Of a stretch of DNA of 64,000 nucleotides, positions 1-9,148 are shown piece by piece. Below the pieces are notes generated by a model. The model saw nothing but the letters and a program-made list of their open reading frames with translations, ran no database searches and had not been told where the DNA came from. The DNA is taken from positions 177,999 through 241,998 of the forward strand of contig JAIETW010000001.1 in NCBI GenBank assembly GCA_019744845.1. Direction: 5' to 3'. Position numbers and translations under genes: made by a program. This DNA comes from Patescibacteria group bacterium. Lineage in GTDB: Bacteria; Patescibacteriota; Minisyncoccia; Phycocordibacterales; Phycocordibacteraceae. How positions within the stretch are numbered: position 1 is the stretch's first letter; the number at the start of each line of letters is the position of its first letter.

Positions 1-2506
1 CACGTTCGTACCACCAAGAAGAGTTTCAAGTTCTCCGATTGTATCTATCTCCGTCGCAAGAATGACATTCACTGAGCCGAGGAGTGTTTCAAGTTCACTG
101 GTGGAATCTATTTCTGTGGAGACGATAAGGTTCACGCCGGTGAGCGCCTCAAGTTCTGACACCGTATCAATTGAAGTCGTAGAAACTTTATTGTTGAACA
201 GACTCCAATCTGCAGACGCAAGGAATCCTGGCTGTGAACCGTTTGCCTTCTGACCATTTACGTAATCAAGAGAGACAAGTCCAGATGCTGCGTCAAAGTC
301 ATTTGCGGTAAAGGTGGCAGCGCCCTTAGTCGTACCGTCTGCTGCGGCGTTGTTGATTGAGACGGTGCCACCAGAGAACGAAAGCGGGGTAGCAAAAGTA
401 GTGCTTGCGGTCCACGTAGGAACGCCGTTAAGAAGTGCGAGCACCTGTCCGTTGGTTCCTGCTGTGGTGGTGGAAAGTGATCCTGTGCCATTTCCGTAGA
501 TGAGTGCGCCTGACTGAATGTTCGTCCATCCCGTACCTCCACGAGCAACCGTGAGTGTCCCTGTGGTGCCAGTGACAATCGGAAGTGCGCTTGCGTCTGA
601 AAGATCAAACGCAGGAGTTGCGTCTGATCCACCAAGTGAAAGCGTCACGCCACCAAATGAAATGCTGGAGTTCGTAAGTCCTGCATTGTTGAGCGTGCCC
701 GTGATGCTTGGTGAAAAGGTTTGCGTATTTCCTGATCCTACAATCGTCGTGCCGAGTGTAAGTCCATTGAAAGATCCTGTAGAAGTAGCGAAAGTAACGG
801 TTGGACCAGAAGAGGTTTGTCCTGTCGGACCAATTGCAGTTACACCGCCCGCTGAAAGTCCAAGCGAGGAAGTGGCGGTAAGCGTGTAGCCGCCGCTACT
901 GTTTCCCACAAGGAGCTGTCCGTAACTTGGTGCACTCGTCAGTCCTGTGCCGCCATAGAGCACTCCGATAGAAGACGTTGCAGACACTACCCCTGCGTTT
1001 GCCTGCAGTGGACCATTCAGACTTCCAACGGTGACTCCACCAGAGAATGTTTGTCCAGTAGTGAAGGTGTTTGCGGTGTACGTTTTTGGAATCGTTGAAG
1101 AACCGTGTATGAACGCCTGGACGGTACTTGCAAAGTCAGAGATCGTTGAGGCAAGCTGCGTTCCTGTTTGATTTGCACGAGCGAGGTAGTAGCTTCCCTC
1201 CTGTCCATCAAACGTTCCCGTCCAGTCTCCCGTCGTGTTGATGGTAAGAGCACCACCGACGTTTTGAAGTCCTGTACCGGTGAGGTCAGTGAAGGTTTCG
1301 CTGTTGAGGCCGAGTGCTGTGGTCGTTGCCTGCGTGAAGATACCAGTGGAGGGAGTGCTTGCACCGATTGGGGTGTTGTTGATCGTGCCACCAGAGATGG
1401 TGAGTGCGTCGGTCACTTGGCCGTCGGTGGCGGAGCCAGTGAGGTCCGTGAAGTTAAGCCCAAGAGAAGAAGTGGCGACCTGCGTCCATCCTGTACCACT
1501 TGAGTTACCTACCAAAAGTTGGTTTGCAGTGACTGAAGAGATTCCTGTACCTCCACGGCCGGACGCAAGTACTCCAGACCAGGTGGAGGTATACGTGTGA
1601 GTACTTCCGGAAGAGGTGATGGTAAGACCGATGTTCGTGTCCGAGGAGGTGGCGAAGGACTGAGACGTCGCGACAAGTCCGTTCAAAGAAGTGATTCCTG
1701 AACCACCGCCTCCGGTGAGACAGGAACCGTTGACGGAAATACAACCACCAGTGATTTCAATACCGTTGGCGAACGTAGAGGTGGCAGTGGTGCTGGTGAT
1801 AGTCAGTGCATTTGCTTCTACGTCTCCATCGGCATCTACCGTGAACACATCCGTGCCTGCAGAGTTCTGAATTCTAAAGAGCTTTGCAATCTGTCCAAGA
1901 ATGCCGCGAATGGAAATACCTGTACTTTGAGTTGAAGTTGCTTCTACTGAAACGACTGAGGTGCCAAAAGGACTCGTCGTACCAAACGAAGATGGAGTAG
2001 AGGATCCGCTCACCGATGCGGCCACACGTGCAAACGGTGTCGCGCTCACACGCTGACGTGGGGAGAGCGTTTGGAAGCTACTGTTGTCTGAAGATACTTC
2101 TACCTGAAGATAGACATCCGCATTGTTGGCGAAGTCGTAATCAAGCGCATGAGGGAATCCGTTTGCGGTGTCTCCGATCTGTGCGGTGAACACCCCAGCA
2201 CGAACAGTCACCGGAAATGAGGTTGGACCGCTCGCAGGCCATACCTGACTACCACTCCCAACCGTAGGGTTATTCCAAAGAGAAAACTTTACGTAGTACG
2301 TCGTACCAGTGCCACCCAAAAGGTTTCCACTCGCATCAGAGAGTCGGCCCTGGTATCCGATGATTGAGGGGACGGCGGCTGTTGCAGTCTGCGGCATGAA
2401 AAATCCCCCGAATACCGCGAGAAGGAGGAGCACCGCAACCTGCCGAGAAAGTGTGTGTGTGTTATAGAAAAAGGGTGCCCCCGCAAAAGCCTTCAAAACT
2501 CAGGAT
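1..2506 (-). CDS. Large secreted Thr/Ser/Gly-rich repetitive surface protein. It is partial: the C-terminus lies beyond the window start. The start is either TTG at 2506 or ATG at 2398.
   Basis: I translated the third minus-strand frame by hand from 2506 to position 1 without meeting a stop. The N-terminus reads as a signal peptide (K/A/F start, LLLLAVFGGFF hydrophobic core, ATAAVP cleavage-like site). The body is Thr/Ser/Gly-rich with recurring units such as LLVGNSSGTGWTQVATSSLGL, VARGGTGWTNIQSG and GQLLVGNSSGGYTLTATSSLGL. The last in-window residues carry three copies of EID(S/T)xxELE(T/A)LLGxxNVI. It is absent from the ORF track because no in-window stop exists. Confidence 0.55.
18..205. 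repeat. Three imperfect tandem copies of a ~63-bp unit inside the surface-protein gene, encoding the EIDxxxELExLLG repeat
   Basis: Direct reading: the unit tttcaagttc..g..g.atctat.tc....... recurs at about 22-84, 85-147 and 148-205, with conserved blocks caagttc and atctat. Confidence 0.55.
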
Positions 2507-2689
2507 CTGCCCTATCTATAATTATATATGGCTTTCTCGTATAAGCCTGGTGATATTTTCCTCAACTGGGGATACCGAAAGGGTGAATATGGCGTAACTA
2601 GGGGCTGTATTTCAGTTTCGTACAGAATATTTCATACTTTTTAAGACGCACTTGCTATTTTATGGTTTACGTTTCGTAATCTATTTACT

Positions 2690-3250
2690 TTATTCAGATA
2701 TGAGTTGTAAACGAAGTGCCTCTATGAGTTCCGGAAATTCCGTTTGTGGAAAAGTGCCATGTCCGAAGTGCGCGCGGTCAGTGTGTTCGTGGTAGACAGA
2801 TCCAAGCATGTCACGAATGTGTCGTGGCTCTTCAATCGGAATGAACGGATCGTCAGTAGATGCAAAAAGTATCGTCCATTGTTGATTCTTTTTTATTGCG
2901 TTCCAATTCCATGGGGTATCAAAGTACTGACTCGCCTTCTCCTCTTCGTAATTCATGTGCGTGTAGTACGCACCGACAAGTACTGATCCGAGAATTACAT
3001 TCTCTTCTGCATACCGCATCGCCGCGATTGCACCAGAAGAGTGCCCTATGAGAATCGTGTCTTCGTCTGCACCAAGTTCCTTTATGAAAGGAAGCCAGAA
3101 TTCTTTTCGCGCAAGTAGTGCATCTGGAAACTGCGTGTTAATCACCGAAATTCCAAGTTGAAGCGGTATTTCTTTTTCTAGGTACGGAGACCAGTTATCG
3201 GTCGGTGACCCCCCTCCATTTCCAGGAATAAGAATTACTTTTGTATTCAT
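2690..3250 (-). CDS. Alpha/beta-fold serine hydrolase of the YdeN/RBBP9-like family
   Basis: 186 aa. GHSSG nucleophile elbow, plus downstream D and H positions. Paralogous to the adjacent gene. Confidence 0.6.
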   Translation of the reverse strand: MNTKVILIPGNGGGSPTDNWSPYLEKEIPLQLGISVINTQFPDALLARKEFWLPFIKELGADEDTILIGHSSGAIAAMRYAEENVILGSVLVGAYYTHMNYEEEKASQYFDTPWNWNAIKKNQQWTILFASTDDPFIPIEEPRHIRDMLGSVYHEHTDRAHFGHGTFPQTEFPELIEALRLQLISE

Positions 3251-3792
3251 ACTCCCATCTGCTCTAGCGCCTCAAGTGCCTGCGGGAGTTCTGTCCACCC
3301 GTCATGTGAGCCAAGGTGTCCACCTTCATGAATCACCGTCAGTGTGCCGCTCAGTTCTTTCTCTAACATCTTTGCATCCTCAAGCGGTACAAGGTGATCA
3401 TTGTCGCTGTGAATGATTGCTACTTTTTCTACACGCTGCCGTATGGTGGCGTAGTTAAAGGGTATTATGAAGAAGTTATCTATCTTCGTATTCCCTGTTG
3501 CGTTGCAGGGACCAGATACCAACACCACTCCAGCTATCTTTACTGATGCTGTTTCCAAATATCTGAGAATCGCCGTCACACCAAGACTGTGTCCCACGAG
3601 ATATATCTCATCTCCTTCTGTGATATGTCGTGCAATCTCGTCTACCCATTCATGTTCAATAGGTTGATCTGGAGTTGGCATGACGAGTGCTGCCGCGTAC
3701 ACATCTCTTAGATCAAGCTCAGTCATGAGCCACGGACGCCATCCACCGTTCGGGGAGCCCTCAAGTCCATGGATAAGAAATACTTTCTTCAT
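3247..3792 (-). CDS. Alpha/beta-fold serine hydrolase (YdeN/RBBP9-like), a tandem paralogue
   Basis: 181 aa. GHSLG nucleophile elbow. Four-nucleotide overlap with the downstream paralogue. Confidence 0.6.
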   Translation of the reverse strand: MKKVFLIHGLEGSPNGGWRPWLMTELDLRDVYAAALVMPTPDQPIEHEWVDEIARHITEGDEIYLVGHSLGVTAILRYLETASVKIAGVVLVSGPCNATGNTKIDNFFIIPFNYATIRQRVEKVAIIHSDNDHLVPLEDAKMLEKELSGTLTVIHEGGHLGSHDGWTELPQALEALEQMGV

Positions 3793-3797
3793 GCCTC

Positions 3798-6491
3798 TTA
3801 TTCTACACGTACCGTAAAGCGAGGGTTAATTACCTTCCCTTCGTGGAAGAATTCGCCGAAGACCGTGTAAAGACCAGGACTTGGAAAGAGCACGTGCGCT
3901 TCTACCACGGGACCGAAGGTTGGTGGAGGCGGTAGGTGCGTGTGTGCGGTCGTAGAAGATACTTGAGTGACTGGTGCACCAAGTGGATGCACTTCTCCAT
4001 GGGTGTGTATGAACTCAGAGAGATCGTTCTTCACCACCGCAAGGTGCATCGCAGCAGCCAAGTATGGCTCCATGTTCAGTACATCCTCTCCGTCTTTAGT
4101 AATGCGGTAGGTGAGTGTGGTGTAGGAGTTTGCGAGCGGCAGCGGGGAGCGGAGAGTGACATCGTATCCATCAAAGCTTCCTTCCGAAGGATAGGTGGCA
4201 ATGTCATTCATCGCTGCATTCCCTTTTACGGTAATCGTGTACGTACGACTCTCCTGCTTCAGTCCATGCGCATAATCAATCGCAAGGATGTAGGTACCGG
4301 CACGTGGAAAGGTGAAGCTCCGTTCAAAGCGAGGAGCATTTGATTCATCATCAGGGTGCACGTGGAAGAATTCTTTCATATCTGCACTCACAATCACCAT
4401 ATGCACGAGCTTCTCGTGTATGACTGAGAGCACGGCAGGCTCTCCATCTGCGTCATTAATCGTGTATTCAAAGGTCACGGGAACTCCTGCAGTGATATTC
4501 GTGAGGTCGTTTGCGAATGCAATCTCTGATCCTGTCTGGGACTTCAGATACCGATACTCTCTCGCATCAGAGATGTGGAAGGAACCACCGAGCGCCATAC
4601 ACCCTTCCTCTGCGACTGAGGACACCGGAATGCCGTTACGTGCAGGAAGCATGACGTGCCAGCCATTCCCGTCTGCCAGACATTCCTTCTTGAATGAGTT
4701 CCCAAAGAGGTACTGGAGTGCCCCGATTATTTGGCTCAGGATTAACAGAGTGACAATGAATGCAATTCCATACCTGAAGACTGAATTACGCTCCTGTAGC
4801 GGCGGATATGGGCCTCTAACGAGCCTTGCAAGGTATATAGCGGCAATGATGCTAAGAATTGCGAGCGCCATCATCACCAGGGTGAAGAGATCTATGTCTC
4901 TTCCCTCGTCTTTAATGAAATCTGCCTTGGTGACGGTAAATGTTGCCCGTGCATCGTAGCCACTTTCCTGGGGCTGGATAACGGAGAGTGTGTGCGTGCC
5001 ATTGGTGATGAGAGCAAGAGGGAATACGTATCCCCCATCATATCTGCGCTCAAGCTCTAGAAGCGTTCCCTCTTCGCTTCCACCGTCTAGAGAGACGGTC
5101 GGCATGACCTTCCCTTCACTTGTAAGGAGTACCTTCTCATCCTCATGTGGTGCAGGCGCGACCGCGATCTCTATTCCCTGGTCGCGTACCGAGTATGCTG
5201 GCTGCATGCCATGCAGTGGTGGTGAGGTGATGATCATGAGTGAGGAGAAGAAGATCACCAGCACTCCTGAAGCGAACTCTGCGGGCAAGGTGTAAGACAG
5301 GAACTTACTGAACCACTGCGGACGGTATCGGTGCGCGATGAGGTGATACGCAAGAAGTGCAATTGCGACTATGAGGGATGCAGCAAGCGGAAGGAATCGC
5401 TCTCCCCAGAGAGTCGTGGAGATATTGGCAAAGTCTTTCAAGTGAAGCCAGATGATGTAAGCGCCGGTAACTCCTGCAAGACCGAAGGAAAGCGCGAGGA
5501 GTGAGAACGCTCGTGGGAATACGTCTCGGAGCTTCTCTCTGAAGGTTCTCCAGAGATACGCGACGGAGAGAATGCCGATGATTCCCTCCCACAAATCTTT
5601 TCCAATGAGATGGAATACGTTTACGAGTACACCAAGATCAGGAAGGAAGCTGCTTGCGGTCGCGTGACTTACCTTTGCGCGGTAGTACGCAAAGACAAGA
5701 AGAAGTGCAAAAAGAATCCATTCAGAGGTCGTGAACTTCTCTGCAAGCTGTATCACCTTCTTCCGGAAGAAGAACACGACTCCAATCAATGCTCCTGCGA
5801 TCATTCTGATTACCGTTGCTGATCCTGAGACTATCGCGAAGTAGAGCGAAAGCGCTTCCGCAAATGGAATCTGATTTAGATCTGCCAGTTCACTCGTTTT
5901 TAGAATGATGTGTCCCCCGCCACCAATGAGAATGAGAAGGACGCCAAGTGCAATGAAGAACGCGTACCCCTTCCGTACCAGTGCATCCTCTCGGTACTTT
6001 CTGAATACAGAGGCAAAGAGCACAATCACTCCCCATAGAATGGAGTTCCCAAGAAGCTCCACGAATATCATGAACGCCTCTGGTACTGCAGAGATCTGCA
6101 CCACCTCAAAGGAAGAAGAGTTAGAGGAAGGAATGGCAATGCCTTCTCCTATCACATACGCATATCCTCCCTTGGTGAAGTGTCCGTCGTCAGAAGACAC
6201 CACACTCCACGAGACAAAGTACGCACCGTCTTCTGCCGATGCTACTGGCACACTGAGTACATAGGGATTCTCTTCTACGACTGCCTCTCCAGTCGTGATC
6301 TCTGTCCCTGCATCGTCTTTTACCTGTATACGACTTGCCCCTGGCTCTACTCGCTCACTGAAGCGAATAGATACTTCGGTGGGCGCTTCGATGAGTACCG
6401 CGGAAGACTCTGGCACATACTCCACGGGAGTGGCGTGTGCAGACACGCCAAGCGGGAGGAGAATGATGAGTGTGATAAGTAGTGTTTTCAT
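3798..6491 (-). CDS. Copper transport/resistance fusion protein CopC-CopD with a C-terminal YtkA-like domain (YcnJ-like architecture)
   Basis: 897 aa. Signal peptide, then a CopC-like beta-sandwich whose mature N-terminus is H (SAHATPVEY) and which carries the VSWSVVSSDDGHFTKGGYAYVIG motif. This is followed by about 8 transmembrane helices (CopD-like). The C-terminal soluble His-rich region carries FFHVHPDDE and EFIHTHGEVHP. Confidence 0.6.
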   Translation of the reverse strand: MKTLLITLIILLPLGVSAHATPVEYVPESSAVLIEAPTEVSIRFSERVEPGASRIQVKDDAGTEITTGEAVVEENPYVLSVPVASAEDGAYFVSWSVVSSDDGHFTKGGYAYVIGEGIAIPSSNSSSFEVVQISAVPEAFMIFVELLGNSILWGVIVLFASVFRKYREDALVRKGYAFFIALGVLLILIGGGGHIILKTSELADLNQIPFAEALSLYFAIVSGSATVIRMIAGALIGVVFFFRKKVIQLAEKFTTSEWILFALLLVFAYYRAKVSHATASSFLPDLGVLVNVFHLIGKDLWEGIIGILSVAYLWRTFREKLRDVFPRAFSLLALSFGLAGVTGAYIIWLHLKDFANISTTLWGERFLPLAASLIVAIALLAYHLIAHRYRPQWFSKFLSYTLPAEFASGVLVIFFSSLMIITSPPLHGMQPAYSVRDQGIEIAVAPAPHEDEKVLLTSEGKVMPTVSLDGGSEEGTLLELERRYDGGYVFPLALITNGTHTLSVIQPQESGYDARATFTVTKADFIKDEGRDIDLFTLVMMALAILSIIAAIYLARLVRGPYPPLQERNSVFRYGIAFIVTLLILSQIIGALQYLFGNSFKKECLADGNGWHVMLPARNGIPVSSVAEEGCMALGGSFHISDAREYRYLKSQTGSEIAFANDLTNITAGVPVTFEYTINDADGEPAVLSVIHEKLVHMVIVSADMKEFFHVHPDDESNAPRFERSFTFPRAGTYILAIDYAHGLKQESRTYTITVKGNAAMNDIATYPSEGSFDGYDVTLRSPLPLANSYTTLTYRITKDGEDVLNMEPYLAAAMHLAVVKNDLSEFIHTHGEVHPLGAPVTQVSSTTAHTHLPPPPTFGPVVEAHVLFPSPGLYTVFGEFFHEGKVINPRFTVRVE

Positions 6492-6544
6492 GGCAAGAGC
6501 TTGAGGAGGGATCCCACCTCTGTGAGATCCCCTACAAACCTTCG

Positions 6545-7201
6545 TTATTTCTTTCGTCCGACTGCGTATCCTGCGATAAGGAGTGCGAGCACGCTAATAG
6601 CGATTGCGGCAGGCCCTGACATGTCGTTGCTCAAGGACTCTACGGATGCAGACTCCTCTGGGAAGCCGAGTGCTTCCTTAGGAGCAGGACAGCCATAGCT
6701 TCCGGTCTTAGAGATACGGGTTACTCCTTCAGATATCTCTTCCTCTTCGTGTTCTTCCTCTGCCGTTGCATGCCCTGCAGGGCTACAGGTGAAGGTGAGA
6801 TCTATCTCTGTGTTGTTAAGCATACCGAAGACTCGGTATGAGAGTGTCGTGGCTACTGTTGGGTAGTACGTGGTTTTGTAGGAACCAGGACTGTTATAGA
6901 CCGGAGAAAGATCAAAGATCTTGGTCTTACTCCCCGCAATAAGCTCTACCTGTAGTGTCTCTTCAAGTCCTGATACAGGAGTGCCTGCGCCATGGTCATG
7001 GTCCGTGTGTGCATCTACCACCTCTGCAATACGGAGATCTACTCCTGTCTTATCGTCTACAGTAATTGGTTCGTTTAGAGACCCAATGGTGAACTGGTAG
7101 TACTTGCCTCCGATCTCAAATACATGGGTCTCGTGTGCACTGACGCTTAGCGGCATGAGTACAAACAATGCAGCGAGCGTAATAGAACTAATGATTTTCA
7201 T
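6545..7201 (-). CDS. YcnI-like (DUF1775-like) secreted copper-binding protein with a C-terminal membrane anchor
   Basis: 218 aa. The signal peptide ends ...SVSAHETHV, so the mature protein starts with His, as in His-brace YcnI proteins. It has an acidic/His region and a C-terminal transmembrane helix plus RKK. It lies next to the CopCD fusion, as in the Bacillus ycnJ-ycnI arrangement. Confidence 0.5.
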   Translation of the reverse strand: MKIISSITLAALFVLMPLSVSAHETHVFEIGGKYYQFTIGSLNEPITVDDKTGVDLRIAEVVDAHTDHDHGAGTPVSGLEETLQVELIAGSKTKIFDLSPVYNSPGSYKTTYYPTVATTLSYRVFGMLNNTEIDLTFTCSPAGHATAEEEHEEEEISEGVTRISKTGSYGCPAPKEALGFPEESASVESLSNDMSGPAAIAISVLALLIAGYAVGRKK

Positions 7202-7236
7202 TGTGTGTCGTTAAGGAGTAAAAGGATGTGTTCCTT

Positions 7237-7536
7237 TTATCCGAAACGACGATAGGCAAGTACACCTCTTCGTAAGGCGATATTGAGTGTGGCTCCTATA
7301 CGTACACCCTCCTGTGCAATGAATCTTCCTAGGGTAAGGAGTGGGAGCGCAAGAACGGCAACCAGGAGGAGTGCGGCTGCATCAAGTACGTCTAGGTGCT
7401 TCTGCTCTACATGGAGCGCAGTATGGAAAAGGTCTATGGTCCCGTCACTATGATTGTGGGGGACGAGTGCGTGTACCAGCGCGCCGAAGGAAAGCACGAG
7501 TACAAGGAGTATGGCGATGACTGTTCTGCCTGACAC
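7237..7536 (-). CDS. Small His-rich membrane protein, hypothetical
   Basis: 99 aa. Two to three predicted transmembrane helices. Contains HALVPHNHSDG and HTALHVEQKH. Adjacent to the copper module. Confidence 0.3.
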   Translation of the reverse strand: MSGRTVIAILLVLVLSFGALVHALVPHNHSDGTIDLFHTALHVEQKHLDVLDAAALLLVAVLALPLLTLGRFIAQEGVRIGATLNIALRRGVLAYRRFG

Positions 7537-7556
7537 TGGGATCTATGGTATCACGC

Positions 7557-8462
7557 TCAAGTTTTCTTCTTGGCGACGCGGTGTTTCCCTACGAACTTCC
7601 CTTTCTCCTTGCGTTCTTTGAAGGTCATGGTCACCTTATGCTTTGCCATCTCAGTCTCTACGATTGCTCGCTCCTTGTCTTTGTTCTTTACTCTCTGCTT
7701 TGCCTCTTTCACATACTGAGGAGAGATATCTATACCGAAGAAGTGGTGTCCGAGGAGTGCGGCCGCAACTGCAGTTGTACCGTGTCCAAGATATGGGTCT
7801 ACCACCAGCTTCCCTTTGGTGCTTCCGAGTATGGAGTAGATGCAGCGAGTTGGCAGAGTGAGTGGGAATGGGGCTGGGTGTGTGTTGTTTCGCTCTGGGG
7901 GCATGCGCCAGACAGAGGTCAGCAGTGCATGACGTGATTCAAGCTCTTCTCCGATCTTCTTGTCTCCCTTTGGCTTATAGAGCCAGTAGATGCGCTCCTC
8001 TACCTGCCAGAAGCGCCATCCTCTGATGTTTGCAGCAATGCCGCGATCCCAGATAATCTCCTGTCTGATGGTCCAGTCCGTCTTGGCGAGCCAGGAAATA
8101 GGATGAAGCATCACTCCCCGCTCCCAGCGGGTCTTGTGGTTATAAAAGAAGGAGCCACCTGCTTTGGTGGTACGGAAGAGTTCATTCAGTACCGCGATCT
8201 GATTCTCCTGGTATTCCTCTTCCGTCTTCGTATCTCGTGCGGTGTCGTACACCACATTCTTTACGAGCCATCCCTTCTTATTCTCCTGCTTGTTGTATGG
8301 CGGAGAGGTCACTCCCACATCAAAGGTATTGTCCGGCACCTTCTTGAGTGTGGTGAGAGTGTCGCCGACTAGGATGGAATCGTTAAGCTTTTGCATGGAG
8401 ATAGTCGTAGAGCGGTTTGCTGATGTAGGGCTTGTTCGCTTCAATATCGCTCTTTTGTGCAA
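7557..8462 (-). CDS. Beta-class amino-DNA methyltransferase (N4-cytosine or N6-adenine); the true start is probably the internal Met near 8396
   Basis: Motif IV SPPY (DVGVTSPPYN) precedes the C-terminal motif I (VVDPYLGHGTTAVAA), which is beta-class order. The SPPY variant favours m4C. The annotated N-terminus would overlap the upstream gene by 80 nt, so Met23 (MQKLNDSILVGD) is the more likely start. Confidence 0.7.
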   Translation of the reverse strand: MHKRAILKRTSPTSANRSTTISMQKLNDSILVGDTLTTLKKVPDNTFDVGVTSPPYNKQENKKGWLVKNVVYDTARDTKTEEEYQENQIAVLNELFRTTKAGGSFFYNHKTRWERGVMLHPISWLAKTDWTIRQEIIWDRGIAANIRGWRFWQVEERIYWLYKPKGDKKIGEELESRHALLTSVWRMPPERNNTHPAPFPLTLPTRCIYSILGSTKGKLVVDPYLGHGTTAVAAALLGHHFFGIDISPQYVKEAKQRVKNKDKERAIVETEMAKHKVTMTFKERKEKGKFVGKHRVAKKKT

Positions 8463-9066
8463 TAAATTCCACTTTTAGGGCTGCATCATCCTTGTAGTCC
8501 TTGAAACATACGCGGGCACCGCGTAGATACTGGCTTGGTGCAGCACCATTGGGGAATCGCTTGGTGAGCTGAGTTTCTAGAGACGTAATGATTCCTGGAC
8601 TATTGAATGGGATGGAGAGAATGAAGATGAGCTTTCCATCTACAAAGCCACTCATGAGCATGGTGGGATTCTCTCGCTTATCCTTCTCAAAGCGTGCGAG
8701 TGTGTAGTCGTTCACACTTCCTCCGGCGTCTAAAAGTGCGGGTTTGGTCTTTCGTGTTCCCTCCTTGTATGCCTTCACGTCAGCAGAGCGAATGTTTCGG
8801 GGCTTTGCTTCGCATTCCTTGGTTATTCCGTTCTCCGTCTTCACTCCGTCAAAACCGATCTTCCCATCGCTATGTGTGTATCCTGCGACTGATACGGTTA
8901 CGAACTCACGGATGGTGGAAGAGTTCCTATCGTTTGCGTATGCAGAGAGGAGGTCTTGTATGAGAAGCGCTGCCTCGGTGTTTGATAAGGAAGCCAGGTG
9001 TTTAGTGAGATCAGCAGTGTTCCCTGTGGAGAAGAGGGTGATGAGGGATGCGAGGGAGGGGTTCAT
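8383..9066 (-). CDS. Hypothetical protein; by position a candidate cognate restriction endonuclease of the adjacent amino-methyltransferase
   Basis: 227 aa. No recognisable catalytic motif by eye. Tightly linked upstream of the methyltransferase in the same orientation. Confidence 0.3.
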   Translation of the reverse strand: MNPSLASLITLFSTGNTADLTKHLASLSNTEAALLIQDLLSAYANDRNSSTIREFVTVSVAGYTHSDGKIGFDGVKTENGITKECEAKPRNIRSADVKAYKEGTRKTKPALLDAGGSVNDYTLARFEKDKRENPTMLMSGFVDGKLIFILSIPFNSPGIITSLETQLTKRFPNGAAPSQYLRGARVCFKDYKDDAALKVEFIAQKSDIEANKPYISKPLYDYLHAKA

Positions 9067-9148
9067 GATCTGAACAGTTTACTTTGTCATAATCTGTACT
9101 CCAAGCCAAAGATTAATTATCTGCTTTGAGGAAGTTACGACGCGCTGC

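Noticed and set aside
4312-4959. 215-aa + strand ORF (and similar ORFs at 3936..4343, 4990..5295 and 5905..6264)
   Set aside because: It is antisense to the well-supported CopC-CopD gene. Ser/Arg/Cys-rich composition is typical of out-of-frame translation.
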